Below, piece by piece: positions 41,013 to 53,441 of a stretch of 64,000 nucleotides of DNA (the stretch's first letter is position 1; each line of letters starts with the position of its first letter). This DNA comes from the human T2T-CHM13v2.0 reference genome, Homo sapiens. The DNA lies in the NCBI RefSeq assembly GCF_009914755.1, contig NC_060926.1. One strand, written 5' to 3'. Made by a program: the position numbers and the translations under genes. Under the pieces are notes generated by a model. That model made no database searches. It was not told where the DNA came from and saw nothing but the letters and a program-made list of their open reading frames with translations.

Positions 41013-42660
41013 ATGGACACAATTTTGAATCCTCTTTGTTTTAAACTTGGTGCATAATGAGTATATTTCCATGTCCACTGTGTTAGGACCATTCCTGGTT
41101 TAGTTTCCTAAGACAGCAATTTGGAAAGAGGTGCAGTGGATCAGCACACATCTCAAATAACATCTGCAAATCTGCCAGCCTCTGTGCTTGGTGTACACAA
41201 GAAAGAATTCTTCCAGGCCCTGGTCACATCAGCAGGGATGTCTTCACAGTTCACTTTCTCCAACCAATGTGCATGGACTCAGACCTTCTGAACTCGGGAG
41301 CCCAGCATGCCTGTCCAAGGGCATTCTAAGTGACTTTGGCCATGGCCCTGCCAAGGCTTCATCTGTAAGGAATCTAGACAGGCAAGATGACTTCCCCACA
41401 GGTAATTTCTCTAAGAGCAGCTACACAAATTAAAATTGAAAACAGGTGGTCGAGAAAAGCCAGAATCAAGCCTGGTGAGGAATACAGAACATACACAGCA
41501 ACGCTCATTTAGGCCAGAAGGGTAAGAGAAAGGGAATGCCAAGTTCAAATTTCACTGAATTGCCCCTTTAAGAGCAATGGACATACTATAGACAATAAAA
41601 CCCTTAAACCCAAAACATTTACTGAACAAAGTCCCCAGTGAGTGGAGTATAATATTCCCAACTGGGGAAATCTGACACACTCTGGTTTTAGAACAAAAAT
41701 AAGCAAACGGCTTTATTTTTTAACTTTTCCGCAGTCTGGCCCACTCCTGGTTTCTATTCATCTCTAGTCACTCATGCTGAGTCCTGCCACCTTAGGAAGA
41801 CCTCGCTGCCCACTGCCGCCCAATAATCTCCCTTTCTCTAAGCTCCCACAGAACCTGCCTCCTGTTCTACAGGAAGATCTCCTAGATTCAGTACTGTCCT
41901 AGATGGTGTTAGTCATGTCCCCTCAACTGCATCATAACATGGCGTAGAGGTGCTAGGATAATGGGATATTTGTTTGCATTTGTTCTCACTTCCATCTACC
42001 TCCCACTCCCACCTCTGCCCTGCCCCAACCCCTGACCTCAGCAGATAACCAAGATCCAAATGCTTCCTGGCTTCCAGGAAGATGGTATTCCTAAGCCTAA
42101 AGCAGAGATACCAGGAAATAGGCCATCTTCTATCATTTACAAAAGCCAGTGTTATTTGAAGGAATAAATAGCCCAGAGGGTGAAAAAAAGGGCAATGCCT
42201 TTGAGGACTAGAGAGAGAGGGAATTCCTCCAGCTTGGAAGGAGAATGGGATACAGCCAGTCCTGAGAGTGGTGGGTGTCCCAGAAGGTAGCAGAGCCCAA
42301 TTAAAATGGCTGTGTGATGCCCCTAGGAAGGCCGGCCACTGGACACAGGGGGCTCCGGGTACCACAGGGAAGCCACTAGCCCGGGATAAGCAGAACGTGA
42401 AGGGCACAGTCAATGATGAAACAGCCGTGATGGTGATACCTGGAAGACTACAAGCTCTTCCCACATTACCTGGCATGGAGGAAGCCTCCAGAATCGCTGT
42501 GAAGCCGTGAGTAGAGGAATCCCCATCCCCACATGGGGGAATGGGAGCTTGGAATCGCATTTAACTCCAAGAAAATAAAGACAAGTGGCACTGAATGTAG
42601 AGCTGGTCTTGTGGAGTATGATTCACACAGGCTTTTCGTGAGCAAGCACATCATCTAATG

Positions 42661-42815
42661 CAGGGCTTCTCAAACTTTGATTGCACACAGATCACCTGGG
42701 GATCTTACTAAATGCAGACTTTGAATCAGTAGGTCTGAAATGGTCTGAGATTCTGCATTTCTAATGAATTATAAGAGACACTAACCCTTCTGGCCCATGA
42801 GCCACACTGAGAAAC
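42661..42815. mobile_element. MER5-like hAT-Charlie MITE
   Basis: cagggcttctcaaacttt...atcacctggggatctt...ttctgcatttctaa. Confidence 0.75.
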
Positions 42816-42822
42816 AAAACAT

Positions 42823-43541
<719 letters not shown>

Positions 43542-43871
43542 GTCCATGGTGCCCAAAACATATAGAACCCACGACAGGTGTCCTCAACTGACTAAATAAA
43601 AGTGGGTTGCTCAGCCTGTTCCCTATCCTGATGCTGGCTTTCCCTTCCTGTTATGCTTCCACTAGTGTTATGCTTTGAAACAGCAGATGCTTTGGGGACA
43701 AGTGGATTGCGGCAAATGCTTCTTTCAAAAAAATCACTAAAATGACTTTAAAAGACCTCCCTAAATCCTTCTTCTTCTAATAAGCCGCCCTGTGGAATAA
43801 CAGTTTCCTATTTTAGTGAAACAGCTTTAAGGATGAGATTAAACTTCAACCACAGTTTTCTGAGCTAACGG

Positions 43872-44637
43872 AAGAGTGACATGATCAGGGTAGGAAATTC
43901 AACCATGCAGAACAACGCCTGGTAAATTTAAAAGCAATTGTCTCAAACTTGTATCCCCATGTACCCCGGCAAAGATTCTCTTCTTCCCCTTGGCCTCACA
44001 TTCCACTTTGACTCAAAAGAGAAAAGACAGCTATCCATCTTGCAGTTCCTTCCACCATTAAACAGCATCCCCAGAGACACAGTTGTATCTTTCCAGTAAT
44101 ACAGCAATACATCTAAGAGGAACACAGTGTTCGGGAATCAGAAGTGGTGAGGGAGGGGCCAGCAGAGAGCCACTGCTACACACTCCACACTCCCTCAGAA
44201 TTCACCCCCGCTTCCTACACAGGGCTTCCCACACAGCAGCACCCCATATGGGTTTGCCGGATGTTCGGACAAACTTGATCCAGTGACCTGGGGCAGGTGA
44301 TTTTGCCCGCTCTGTCTCCCCATGCTTGACAGGCACTCAAAGGGGGAAACCTCCAAGGAGTTCACCCATCTTTCCTGCTTGCCAACTGCCCCAGTGGCAC
44401 TCCTGCCAGGGCTCTAGCATCCTACGTCCGGTCTTAGTTCCACCAATTATTCATGGTGGGAGGAAATGCAAAATGGATAGCTGTCTTTTCTCTTTTGAGT
44501 CAAAGTGGAAAGTGAGGCTGAGGGGAAGAAGAGAATCTTTACAGGGATACATGGGGATAAACGTTTGACAATTGCATTTAAATTTACCAGGCGTTGTTCT
44601 GTAAGGTTGGATTTCCTCCCCTGATCATGTCACCCTT
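43872..44637. repeat. Inverted duplication: arms 43872-44058 and 44453-44637, 394-bp spacer
   Basis: Manual alignment of the left arm reverse complement to the right arm gives about 17 mismatches and one 2-bp gap over ~186 bp (~90%). Confidence 0.95.
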
Positions 44638-44770
44638 GTTGTGTTGGGCAAGATATTGGACCTTTAGGAACCTCAACTCCCTCACTGGTAAAAATAAAGG
44701 TAATCGATACACCCTCCAGAGATAATATTGCAAAGAGAAAATGTTAACAATTAGCATGGTTCAGGCACTG

Positions 44771-44865
44771 TTTTTTTGTTTTTGTTTGTTTGTTTTTGAA
44801 ACAGGGTCTCCCTCTATTGCCCAGGATGGAGTGCAGTGGTGCAATCTCGGCTCACTGCAACCTCC
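44771..44865 (-). mobile_element. Heavily 5'-truncated Alu (3' end only)
   Basis: T-rich tail plus gaaacagggtctc...cactgcaacctcc; TSD caggcactgttt (44762-44773, 44866-44877). Confidence 0.9.
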
Positions 44866-45312
44866 CAGGCACTGTTTAAAGAGAAAGGCACCAACCTTAA
44901 ATAACCAGTATGACTGTACTGGTAGCAGTCGCTGAATCTCAGCCTGCCCACCTTGTGGGGTGGTTGTGAGGAATGAATAACTGATACAGATAAAGCACCC
45001 AGCATTTCTCCTAAAAGGCACTCACATTCACCTCTCCCCTGGAAGCCTCTTCTTTCTACGTGGACTCCTGGCCAATAACGGAGGCCACAAACCAGGTCTT
45101 CTACTAGCACTGAATGCAGGACACTTGACAGTCACTTGCGCCACTTATTCAGAGCATGGCCAGAGCCTCCTGCTGGATGCAACTTCTCTCTCCAGACATC
45201 CTGGGGTGCGCCCAGGAGCTCTGGCAGATCATCCTACCCACAGTACCCAGGGCCTGCTTGGGCAGAAAAGCAGCTGGCACCTCACACTCCTGGGGACACA
45301 CAGTCAACCTAC

Positions 45313-45412
45313 CTGTAGGAAGATGCCCTCTTTGGTAGGGAGGAGTGGGTGATACAGGCACCTGAGGCGCCCAAGGGCTCATCCCAGCCACCTTGAAAAA
45401 CAAGGACCAAAC
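45313..45412 (-). CDS. GALNT14: GALNT14 alternative cassette exon A (100 nt)
   Basis: Acceptor ...ttgctcttctttcttgtggcattttcag|GTT and donor CAG|GTAGGT. In frame with exon 1: VWSLFFKVAGMSPWAPQVPVSPTPPYQRGHLPT(G). Matches my recollection of a minor GALNT14 isoform peptide. Confidence 0.8.
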
Positions 45413-47199
45413 CTGAAAATGCCACAAGAAAGAAGAGCAACATGGTCATTTCTTTGGCAATTAATAGCAGCATTGATTTCACAGAGATCTTACCCCTCAC
45501 AAAGACTCTGTGCCCATAGGAAAGATCTGGATCCAGCCTTGAAAGAGCCCTTATTTCTTCCCTGAGAAAACAGACTACACTTCACCAAGGACCTTACACG
45601 TGGCGCTCAATGCATATCAGCTTTCTCACCCCATTCTTCAGGAGAATGGAAGGAAAAAAGAACACTTTAATTGTGGCTCAATGTTTATTGACCCACAAAT
45701 ATGCTCAGTATGACTGGGGAAAATGGGAAGTCTTGGCACAGAAAGAAAAGAAATGCACATTATAAAAAGGACTAAGTGTAAAACGTAGAAAATATCATAA
45801 GTGCAGCTTATTTATGGTTAATAGCAGGTATTTGTTTTTGCAGCTAATAATCTAATTAGCAGTCAATCCAATACATCCTTTATTATCAGCTGATCCATAA
45901 TTACTGCTCCATGCTGAGTATTTTCCTGGCACATGATAGCTTTCAACTCCTCAGCACAAACAACCAAATAATGTGGTGTTATGCTAAATACAGGACGATT
46001 CCTCTCTGAGGGGTGATGCTGCAGTTTTTAGCCATTCATGATGGCCTTTGTATTTTCAGCATCTGTTGGTTAATTCCTCAGTGTCCTCTCTTTAATCAGT
46101 CTTCAGGTATTCCTAAAGCACCTTAACACTCTCAAAAATGTGATACTTTGGAGACTTCCTTTTTTAAAGTTTAACCCTAGGACCAGACACATTCCCAGTC
46201 ATCTGTGGCAGGACAGCATTCATAAGGGGATGTCAGATAGCGGTGAAAGCACAAAATATTTCTCTGAAAATATTGTAAAGTTTTCTCTTTAAACATTGTT
46301 TTAAAATGACTCATCCTGAAAGAGATAGCTTCTGATGTAAGACTATTTCATCCAACAATTTCTGATCTAAACTGTTCACTCTGGGAAGCACAGTGAACCC
46401 AGGTTCTAAAGGCAAGTTGCAAAGGGAAAAATACATTCAAGTCCTCCCTTTCACAGACTCAACGTGGCTGTGAGGGGAGGGAAGGAAGCTTGGGGTGAGC
46501 ATATGGAAGTTGAAAGAGGGTGGGTGCTCTGGAGGCAGACAGACCTGGTTTGGAATCTAGATCCCTGGCTTACTTATAAACAGCATGATCTTGGATATGT
46601 CACCAAGCTTCCTTAAGCCTTGGTGTTCGTCACATGAAAAACCAACCTAAGAATGCCGGCCGTGCAGTGTTGTTAAAAAGAATAGATGACTAACTCAGAA
46701 AGCACCCAACACTTACTACAGGCTCAGATTGTTAGTTCTCTGCCTGTTCTTCTGGATGCAGAAACAAGAAGCGAGTGTTCTACAAGCCAGTAGCTCACTC
46801 ACATCACATAATTCTATTCTCTGCAATCACACTTTCACCTCTTACCTATAACTCTAGGTAGACTTCATCCCAGATGTACCATGGGGCTACTATACCAGCC
46901 AAAGTCCTACTCGCAGTTCCCATTGTCCTGCATGCCCCTCCACTCTACGACCCATCATCTTCCTATGATCCAGCACATACTTTGGTTAGCTGGTGCTTGT
47001 GCCATAGCAGTTGCTAAATGTCTCTCTGTCTATAAAAGGGAGTAAGACGTGGGTAACTTTCAAACCAAGACCTTTTCCAAAGACTTATTTGGGAAACAGA
47101 AACCAGTGGCTATATAAAGAATGGAAACTGCTAGGCTCTGACCCTAAATGAGGTGCTAAAACTTGGAGTCAGGAGCCACACACTCAGTTCAGATCTTTC

Positions 47200-47890
47200 T
47201 TTTTCAACTTTTTATTGAAGTAGAATGCACAAAGAGAAAAGAACATGTACTCAAGGAATTTCACAAGGTGAACGCACCTGTGTAACCAGCCCCCCAATCA
47301 AGAAACTGAACAGTGCCAGTGCCCCAAAATGTCCTGTCCCCATCCAGTCAGTTACCCCAACCCAGGTAACCATGAACTGACTTACAATGCCAGAGATGAA
47401 TTTCGCCTGTTCTTGTACTTTATATAAATGCAATCACACAGCCTGCGGGTCAAATCTGGCCTGCCACCTGTCCTAGTACATCCTACAAACTAAGAAAGGA
47501 TTTTATATTTATAAATCTTTCAAAATAATACCAAAAGAAGAATACTTCATGCGATGTGAAAAATATATGAAATTCAAATATCTGCTTCCATAAATAAAGT
47601 TTTATTGGAACACAGTGACACTAATTCATTTACATATTGTATTTCAAACTACAACTGCAGAGTTGAATAGTCACATCAGAGACCATATAACCTAAAAACA
47701 AAACAAAACAAAAATACTTACTGGCCCTTGACAGAAAAAGTTTGCCTGCTCTAATTCAAGTGCATGACATTCCCTAAAATACATAGCATTTCTGTTGGGT
47801 TTATATGTAGGAGTTGAATTGCAGGGTCATAGATGTACACATATGTTTAGCTTTAGTAGACACTGCCAAGAAGTTTACCAAAATATACAC
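47200..47890 (-). mobile_element. L1M 3' fragment with nested MER58B-like element (about 47441-47752)
   Basis: ttttattgaagtagaatgcac...gaacgcacctgtgtaaccagc; aaataaagttttattggaacacag...gaaaaagtttgcc. Confidence 0.7.
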
Positions 47891-50888
47891 TCAATTTTAG
47901 GAGAAAAGCTAAAATCTGGAGCAGAAATCATAATTTCAGTTTTAAGACAGGCAGGGAGAATTATAGAGAGTTGATCTGAGCAAACGATTAGAAAACCATC
48001 AGGGCTTCCAAGTGGAGAGGGAAAATATCAGGGTCATCTAGGTTTACATTTCTTTTCATTCTTATTCCACACATAGTTTTTAAAAATGCAGTGTCCTTTA
48101 ACATTGCCATGCTCGGGGGAAAAGGACAAGAGTAAAAAAGTCATGTTTCTGCTTGGGATCTTAGAGCAGAGTACCAACTTTATTGTTTAGGCCATGTCAC
48201 AAAAACACCACCATGGGCCCAGGAGCTTACTGGAACTGCAGACAAAATATCCAGGAAGACATCAGCAGCCTCCTGATCTTACGCTTTCCTAAGTTTAACC
48301 ACATATGTGGGCAGAGCCTACATAACTCAAACCCAACCTCCAAATCCTCCACAAAGAGTCTGGTCCCTGTACTGGGTAGAACCAGCAGGCCACCAACGAG
48401 ACAGAACTGAGGAGTTGTCCATCAGTTTTCAAGGCTAACCAGCAAGACATGGCAGGGTGCCCCCACATTAGAGGCATGGCCAGGACACCCCGGCATTAGA
48501 GATGCAGGCAGGGCACCCTCTACATTAAGGTGACGTTGGATATCTTCTAAAGTCACTTCCTGGAGTCATTTCCCCAGGCACTTGCTTGCATTTCAAATAG
48601 GATGTGTTAGGTTCTTTCAAATGACATTTTTCCTCTTGGAAGGAAATTGCTTCCTATAGTTTAAGGACCACATTCATCAAGAAAGGGACTCAAACAGTTT
48701 GTGTCTTAACTCCACAACCCTGCTGATTTCTAACTTGGAGCAGCCTAGGAATGAACAGCACAGCCTCCTGTCCTGCCAGCAAACCCTGCAGGCCCAGGAG
48801 GGAGGTAGTAGCAGGGCAGCGTGGGCTCCTGGCTAGGCCAGAGTCAGAACCTGATGTGGGGTACTTGTGGGGAGGGGGAAGGGCGGAGAGCCTCTCTCCA
48901 CTTCTTGCACCACCGAGTCTGCCGTTACAGTCCCAGCTCTTTCCACTCCAGAAAGCAGTGGTCCCGTGGACTGGCCCTGACTGGCCCAAGCATGGGTTAA
49001 ACTTGGCCTTTCCTAGAAGAAAACCCAAAGTCCTCCAGACCCTCTGGTGGCCTTCCAGAGACAAGCTCTGTATTTCCCTTAATCCCTTTTCCAGTTCCCT
49101 TCTGTAAGTTAAAAAATAAAATTGAAAAAAAAAAAAAACACACAAAGCAATGCTGGTGTTTCAGCAGAGGGAGGGCATCTTTTCTCAGCAAGTGCACTAG
49201 CTTTTTGTCCATATGAAAACAAACATATAACATACACATATATATTTCATCTTCCCTGGCAAAGGAATCTCACCTGAAGTTGAGCGTGGCTCTAACAGAA
49301 ACAGCATATGCGTGACAGTCAAAAGAGCGAGTTGAAGCCCACTTGCTGATTAGGCTAGCTTGCCCAAGTCCCTACCCTGCTATCACCTCAGATTCATCAC
49401 AGTTCAGAAAACGAGAATAATAATAACACTCACCTCACAAAGTCGCAGTAAGGATCAAATGAGGCAACTGTGGATATAAATGCTTTGTAAACTGTAAAAC
49501 ATCACACCAAGTGGTGGGGAAAAAAGCTACCTCTTATCTTCTTTTCCTGATTCACCCTTTAATTAGTAAAGTCTTTCAGCTAGCTCCTCTTCTGATAAAG
49601 ACCACCTGCCCACCATAAGGACATTAGTCAATTCAGCACCCAGCTGGCAGCCATCAATTGGCCATCTATTAATAGCCAATTATCTGGGTGCCTTAATTAA
49701 TCCACAGACCACGTGGCCTGATCTCCCTGAGATCCTAGGAAACAATAAGCCTGAAATACAGGCACCAGCTAATTTTTCAGTGGCCATCAAGGAATCTGGC
49801 ATCTATTATGCCTGCATGTTGCAGCTGCGAGAGATGGGCACATAAATATTGATTGGACCAGTCTCTATGGCTGGGAGGTGGGGGGTGGGAGGGACATCAA
49901 TGATTACTGTTCTCTGAGGAATAAGAGAAGCTACATAAATCTTCAGCCCAGACAACTAAGGAAGAAAATCCTTATTTCCAAACCATAGTGCAAACAGAGA
50001 AAAGAGACAGTTAACCTCTTTGGAGAGAGCTCGTCAAGAGAGAGTGGCCCTACTAGTTCTATAGATGTTTCAGGCTCTCTCCTTGCCTAGCATGCATGCA
50101 GATCGGGTTGCAAGAGCAGGATCATTAGGAAGAAGACAGCCGGGGTGGTTGTTCTCTTCATCTGGGCATTCAAATCCCAGGGCAGAGACATGTGAGTGTG
50201 CCCTGCTCTCCTGCATTTCCTTGAAAGATCTCTGTAGTGCTTACAGTTAAGAAGACAAGTGACATAAGGAGAATTTAATTATTTTTTAAGTGCCTCATCT
50301 TGTCTCCAGGAAATGGCACGCAGAAAAGGCTTTGTACTTGAAACCAGCATTGTCCAGGATGCAGGGGATCAGATGGCTCTGTATTCCCAGCGATAAGGGC
50401 TCCTGCTGATAGAAAGGCCAGAGTGGCAACCTCCTTCCTTCAGGAAAGAACTAGCTTTGTGTCCAGAGCGGTGCTCTCAGAGGTGGCTGCTCCTGACCTT
50501 GGGGCCTGCAGGGAAGTGTTGGGCTTCTACAGAGCAGAGGGCAGAGGGCCAGCCACCACTGGAGCCCTGGTCCCAGGACCCTGGGGCTGTATAGCCAGGC
50601 TGGCTTTTCAGGGGACAGAAGAAGAATGTGAAGGGGAGGATGGAGCATGGACAGAACATCAGGAGGAAAGAGGATGCCCTAGGTGGCACACACCTCCCAC
50701 ACCACAGAGATGTCCCCTCCTCTATCCCTCTGTCAGCCTCTAGCTCTCATTAGGCCCTGGGATGGCAGCAGCCACTGCCAAATGCAAAGACTGTCACCTC
50801 AGAAGGTCACATCAGGCCATTTATTCTGAAAAACCAAAATACCAGAGCCAGCACATTGCAGGAGCTCCTGCAGAATTCCCCAGGGTAC

Positions 50889-50891
<3 letters not shown>

Positions 50892-50947
<56 letters not shown>

Positions 50948-50950
50948 CAC
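50892..50950. repeat. (TG)25 microsatellite running into CG repeats
   Basis: Directly visible 59-bp alternating purine-pyrimidine tract. Confidence 0.97.
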
Positions 50951-52727
50951 CTGTGTGTGTGCCTGTGTGTGTATATGTGTGTGTTCATGTTCTTCGGTAT
51001 CCCAAAGGGGTTCTTTCTTAATCAGCTCAACATCTGAGGACTGAGACTGATTTATTTTTTGGTTAATCTAGCATTTCTGGTAAAATAATTAAAAGTAATA
51101 GACACAGAGTATCTGTAGTATAATTATTTATAGCCATAAGGTCTCACTTCACAGTTATTCATAACTAACCTGAAAAGACTCAGACTGCTGGTAAGCAAGT
51201 GGGGGTCAGACAGTTCTAGAGTGAGCTGCTCCCATTTCACAGTCAAGGAGACTGAGCCAGGAAGAGAGGAATCTCAGTCACCCCTGGCACTGCCAGTGGC
51301 CACACTGGCTGCCATGTCTATCAGGAAACTCGGGGAGTAAAACACACTTGATCTTGACATGATGGGAGCTAGAGAAGGTGGGACTCTCTCTATCTCCTGC
51401 CGCTTGTGTGCAGCATGAGTCTCTGAGGACCCTGTGAGGAAAAAGGCTCACACCCAGCCCAGGATAAATACAGGCAAGTGGCAGGGGCCTGCAGCCAGTG
51501 GTAGAGGGCACGGGCATGTCCAGACTCACTTCCCCAAACAGATGGTGAGTCTACGATTCTAGGTCTCTGGGGTGGAATATTCAAAAGCCATGGCAGGGTT
51601 CACAGACTCCCCCAGGAGAGGAGCTGGGGATCTGGCCCTGCTTTCTAATTCAGATTATTTTCCAAAAAATGCATTGGGGACTTTGGGATGCTATAGAAGA
51701 GTGACAAAACTGCAAACATTAGAAATGAAACAAGGGCTCAAGCAATGAAGGTCTTCAAAAACTGGTTCCTGGGTGTCTGACAATGAATAAGACCACTTCA
51801 GAAAGCTGGGATGGGGAGGCATGGTGTAGGATGTAGGCACAGGAGGTAAAATCAGATGGCATGAAAACCAAGCTGTGCAGGAATCCTGGGCTTCAGGCGT
51901 CAGCCCACGGCAGCCTTATTCCGTCCCTGTTCAGTTTATAAATGACCTCTGATGAGTGGAAATTAGCACTTTTAAATGATACAACCAGATGGGCAGCCCT
52001 GAAAAAGGTTAGTCTCTGGACAGACTGGGGAGGCTTGTGACAGGGCCATTAATGGATCTTCCCTTCCTGCTTTGCCCCTCTGTCTTCTCTGATTTGAGTA
52101 GGTATCATTCTGTGCCTCTGGGGAAGTTTGAGAGAGGAATTCCTGGTATTTCTTTCCAAAAACTATCAGGTCACTTTGGGAAACAAAGGTTAGGGAGAGA
52201 TAGAGCTCCCCAGCCTGACTAAAAGAGATTCCATCTGCAGGTCCCTGGGACAGGGCCTCCTGCAGGGACCTGGGGGAGAGAGTGGGCTAGGAGAGTGAAA
52301 GGAAGCTGGGACACAGCACATCCGCCACTGACTCAGCGCTGACAACCAGAGGCCTGGACTCTGGGCCTTGGGACAACCCAGAATAGGCCAAAAATGACCC
52401 ACGGTGAATTTCTCACCATACCCATGGGATAGAGGCTCAGTGGTTTTGTTTTTGTTTTTGTTTTAGAAAAAGCTTCTTGACATCTAAGAAGTGACCACAT
52501 ATGATTTCTTGACTACCTGGGATCCCAACCTGCCATTTGCATATTTCTCAGTCACTCACAAGAGCCTCTGCAGGAGCCAGCTGTGTACCACCACCCAGAC
52601 ACCTGCTCCTGGGAACTGCCTTAGAATGGAAAGAAAGCACAGCACCTTGTACAGGCACCCACACAGCAACTGAAAGGATGAGCATGCATCTCATCATGGG
52701 CTACTTCTGGTCATGCCAGAGTCACAC

Positions 52728-53441
52728 TGAAATTGCCTTTGCAAAAATTACAACAATGAGAAAATTGACAGTGAAAGAGAACTGACCTAACAGACTCCAT
52801 CTTGCTTCTAACTTCCAAGCTGTCTTTGTTCAATCCTGGGTGTAGGCTGCACTAACTTTGGGAAGAACCCTGAAACAAAAATGAAAACAGCCGTTTGCCA
52901 AAAGAAACCCCCATCTTGCCTGGGGGCCAGACTGCCTTTGTAGGACTAACGAATTAGCCATAAGATTAAAAATGATGGTTTAGGAGTCATGCAGCTGGAG
53001 GCCACAAAATTCTAAACCTCCCCAGTTGCTCCTAGGGATAACATCACTACTGTGAAACCTAAGATTGGTGCTTGAGATATTTTTCAGATCCTACACTGGG
53101 TGGATCAGCTAGCGCCACCCAGATCGATAAACTGGCCCATCTGGTCTTGTGGCCCCCACCCAGGAACTGACTCAGAGGAAGAGGACAGCTTTGACTCCCC
53201 ATGATCTCATCTCCAACCCTACCAATCAATACTTCCCACTCCCTGGCCCCCTACCCGCCAGATTATCCTTAAAAAAAAACCCAGTCTCTGAATTTTCGGG
53301 GAGACTGATTTGAGTAATAATAAAACTCCAGTCTTCCATTCAGCCACTCCGCGTGTATTAAACTCTTTATTGCAATTCCCCTGTCTTGATACATTGGCTC
53401 TGTCTAGGAAGCGGGCAACAAGAACCCGTTGGACAGTTACA
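52728..53441 (+). mobile_element. LTR8-family ERV1 solo LTR
   Basis: TGAAATTGCCTTTGCAAAAATT...gactccatcttgcttctaac...gaacccgttggacagttaCA. Confidence 0.88.

Noticed and set aside
41913-42560. 215-aa minus-strand ORF
   Set aside because: No recognisable domain, atypical composition and no convincing exon structure; most likely a chance intronic ORF.
49634-49642. REST/RE1 left half-site TTCAGCACC
   Set aside because: The right half (GGACAG) is missing at the expected spacing.
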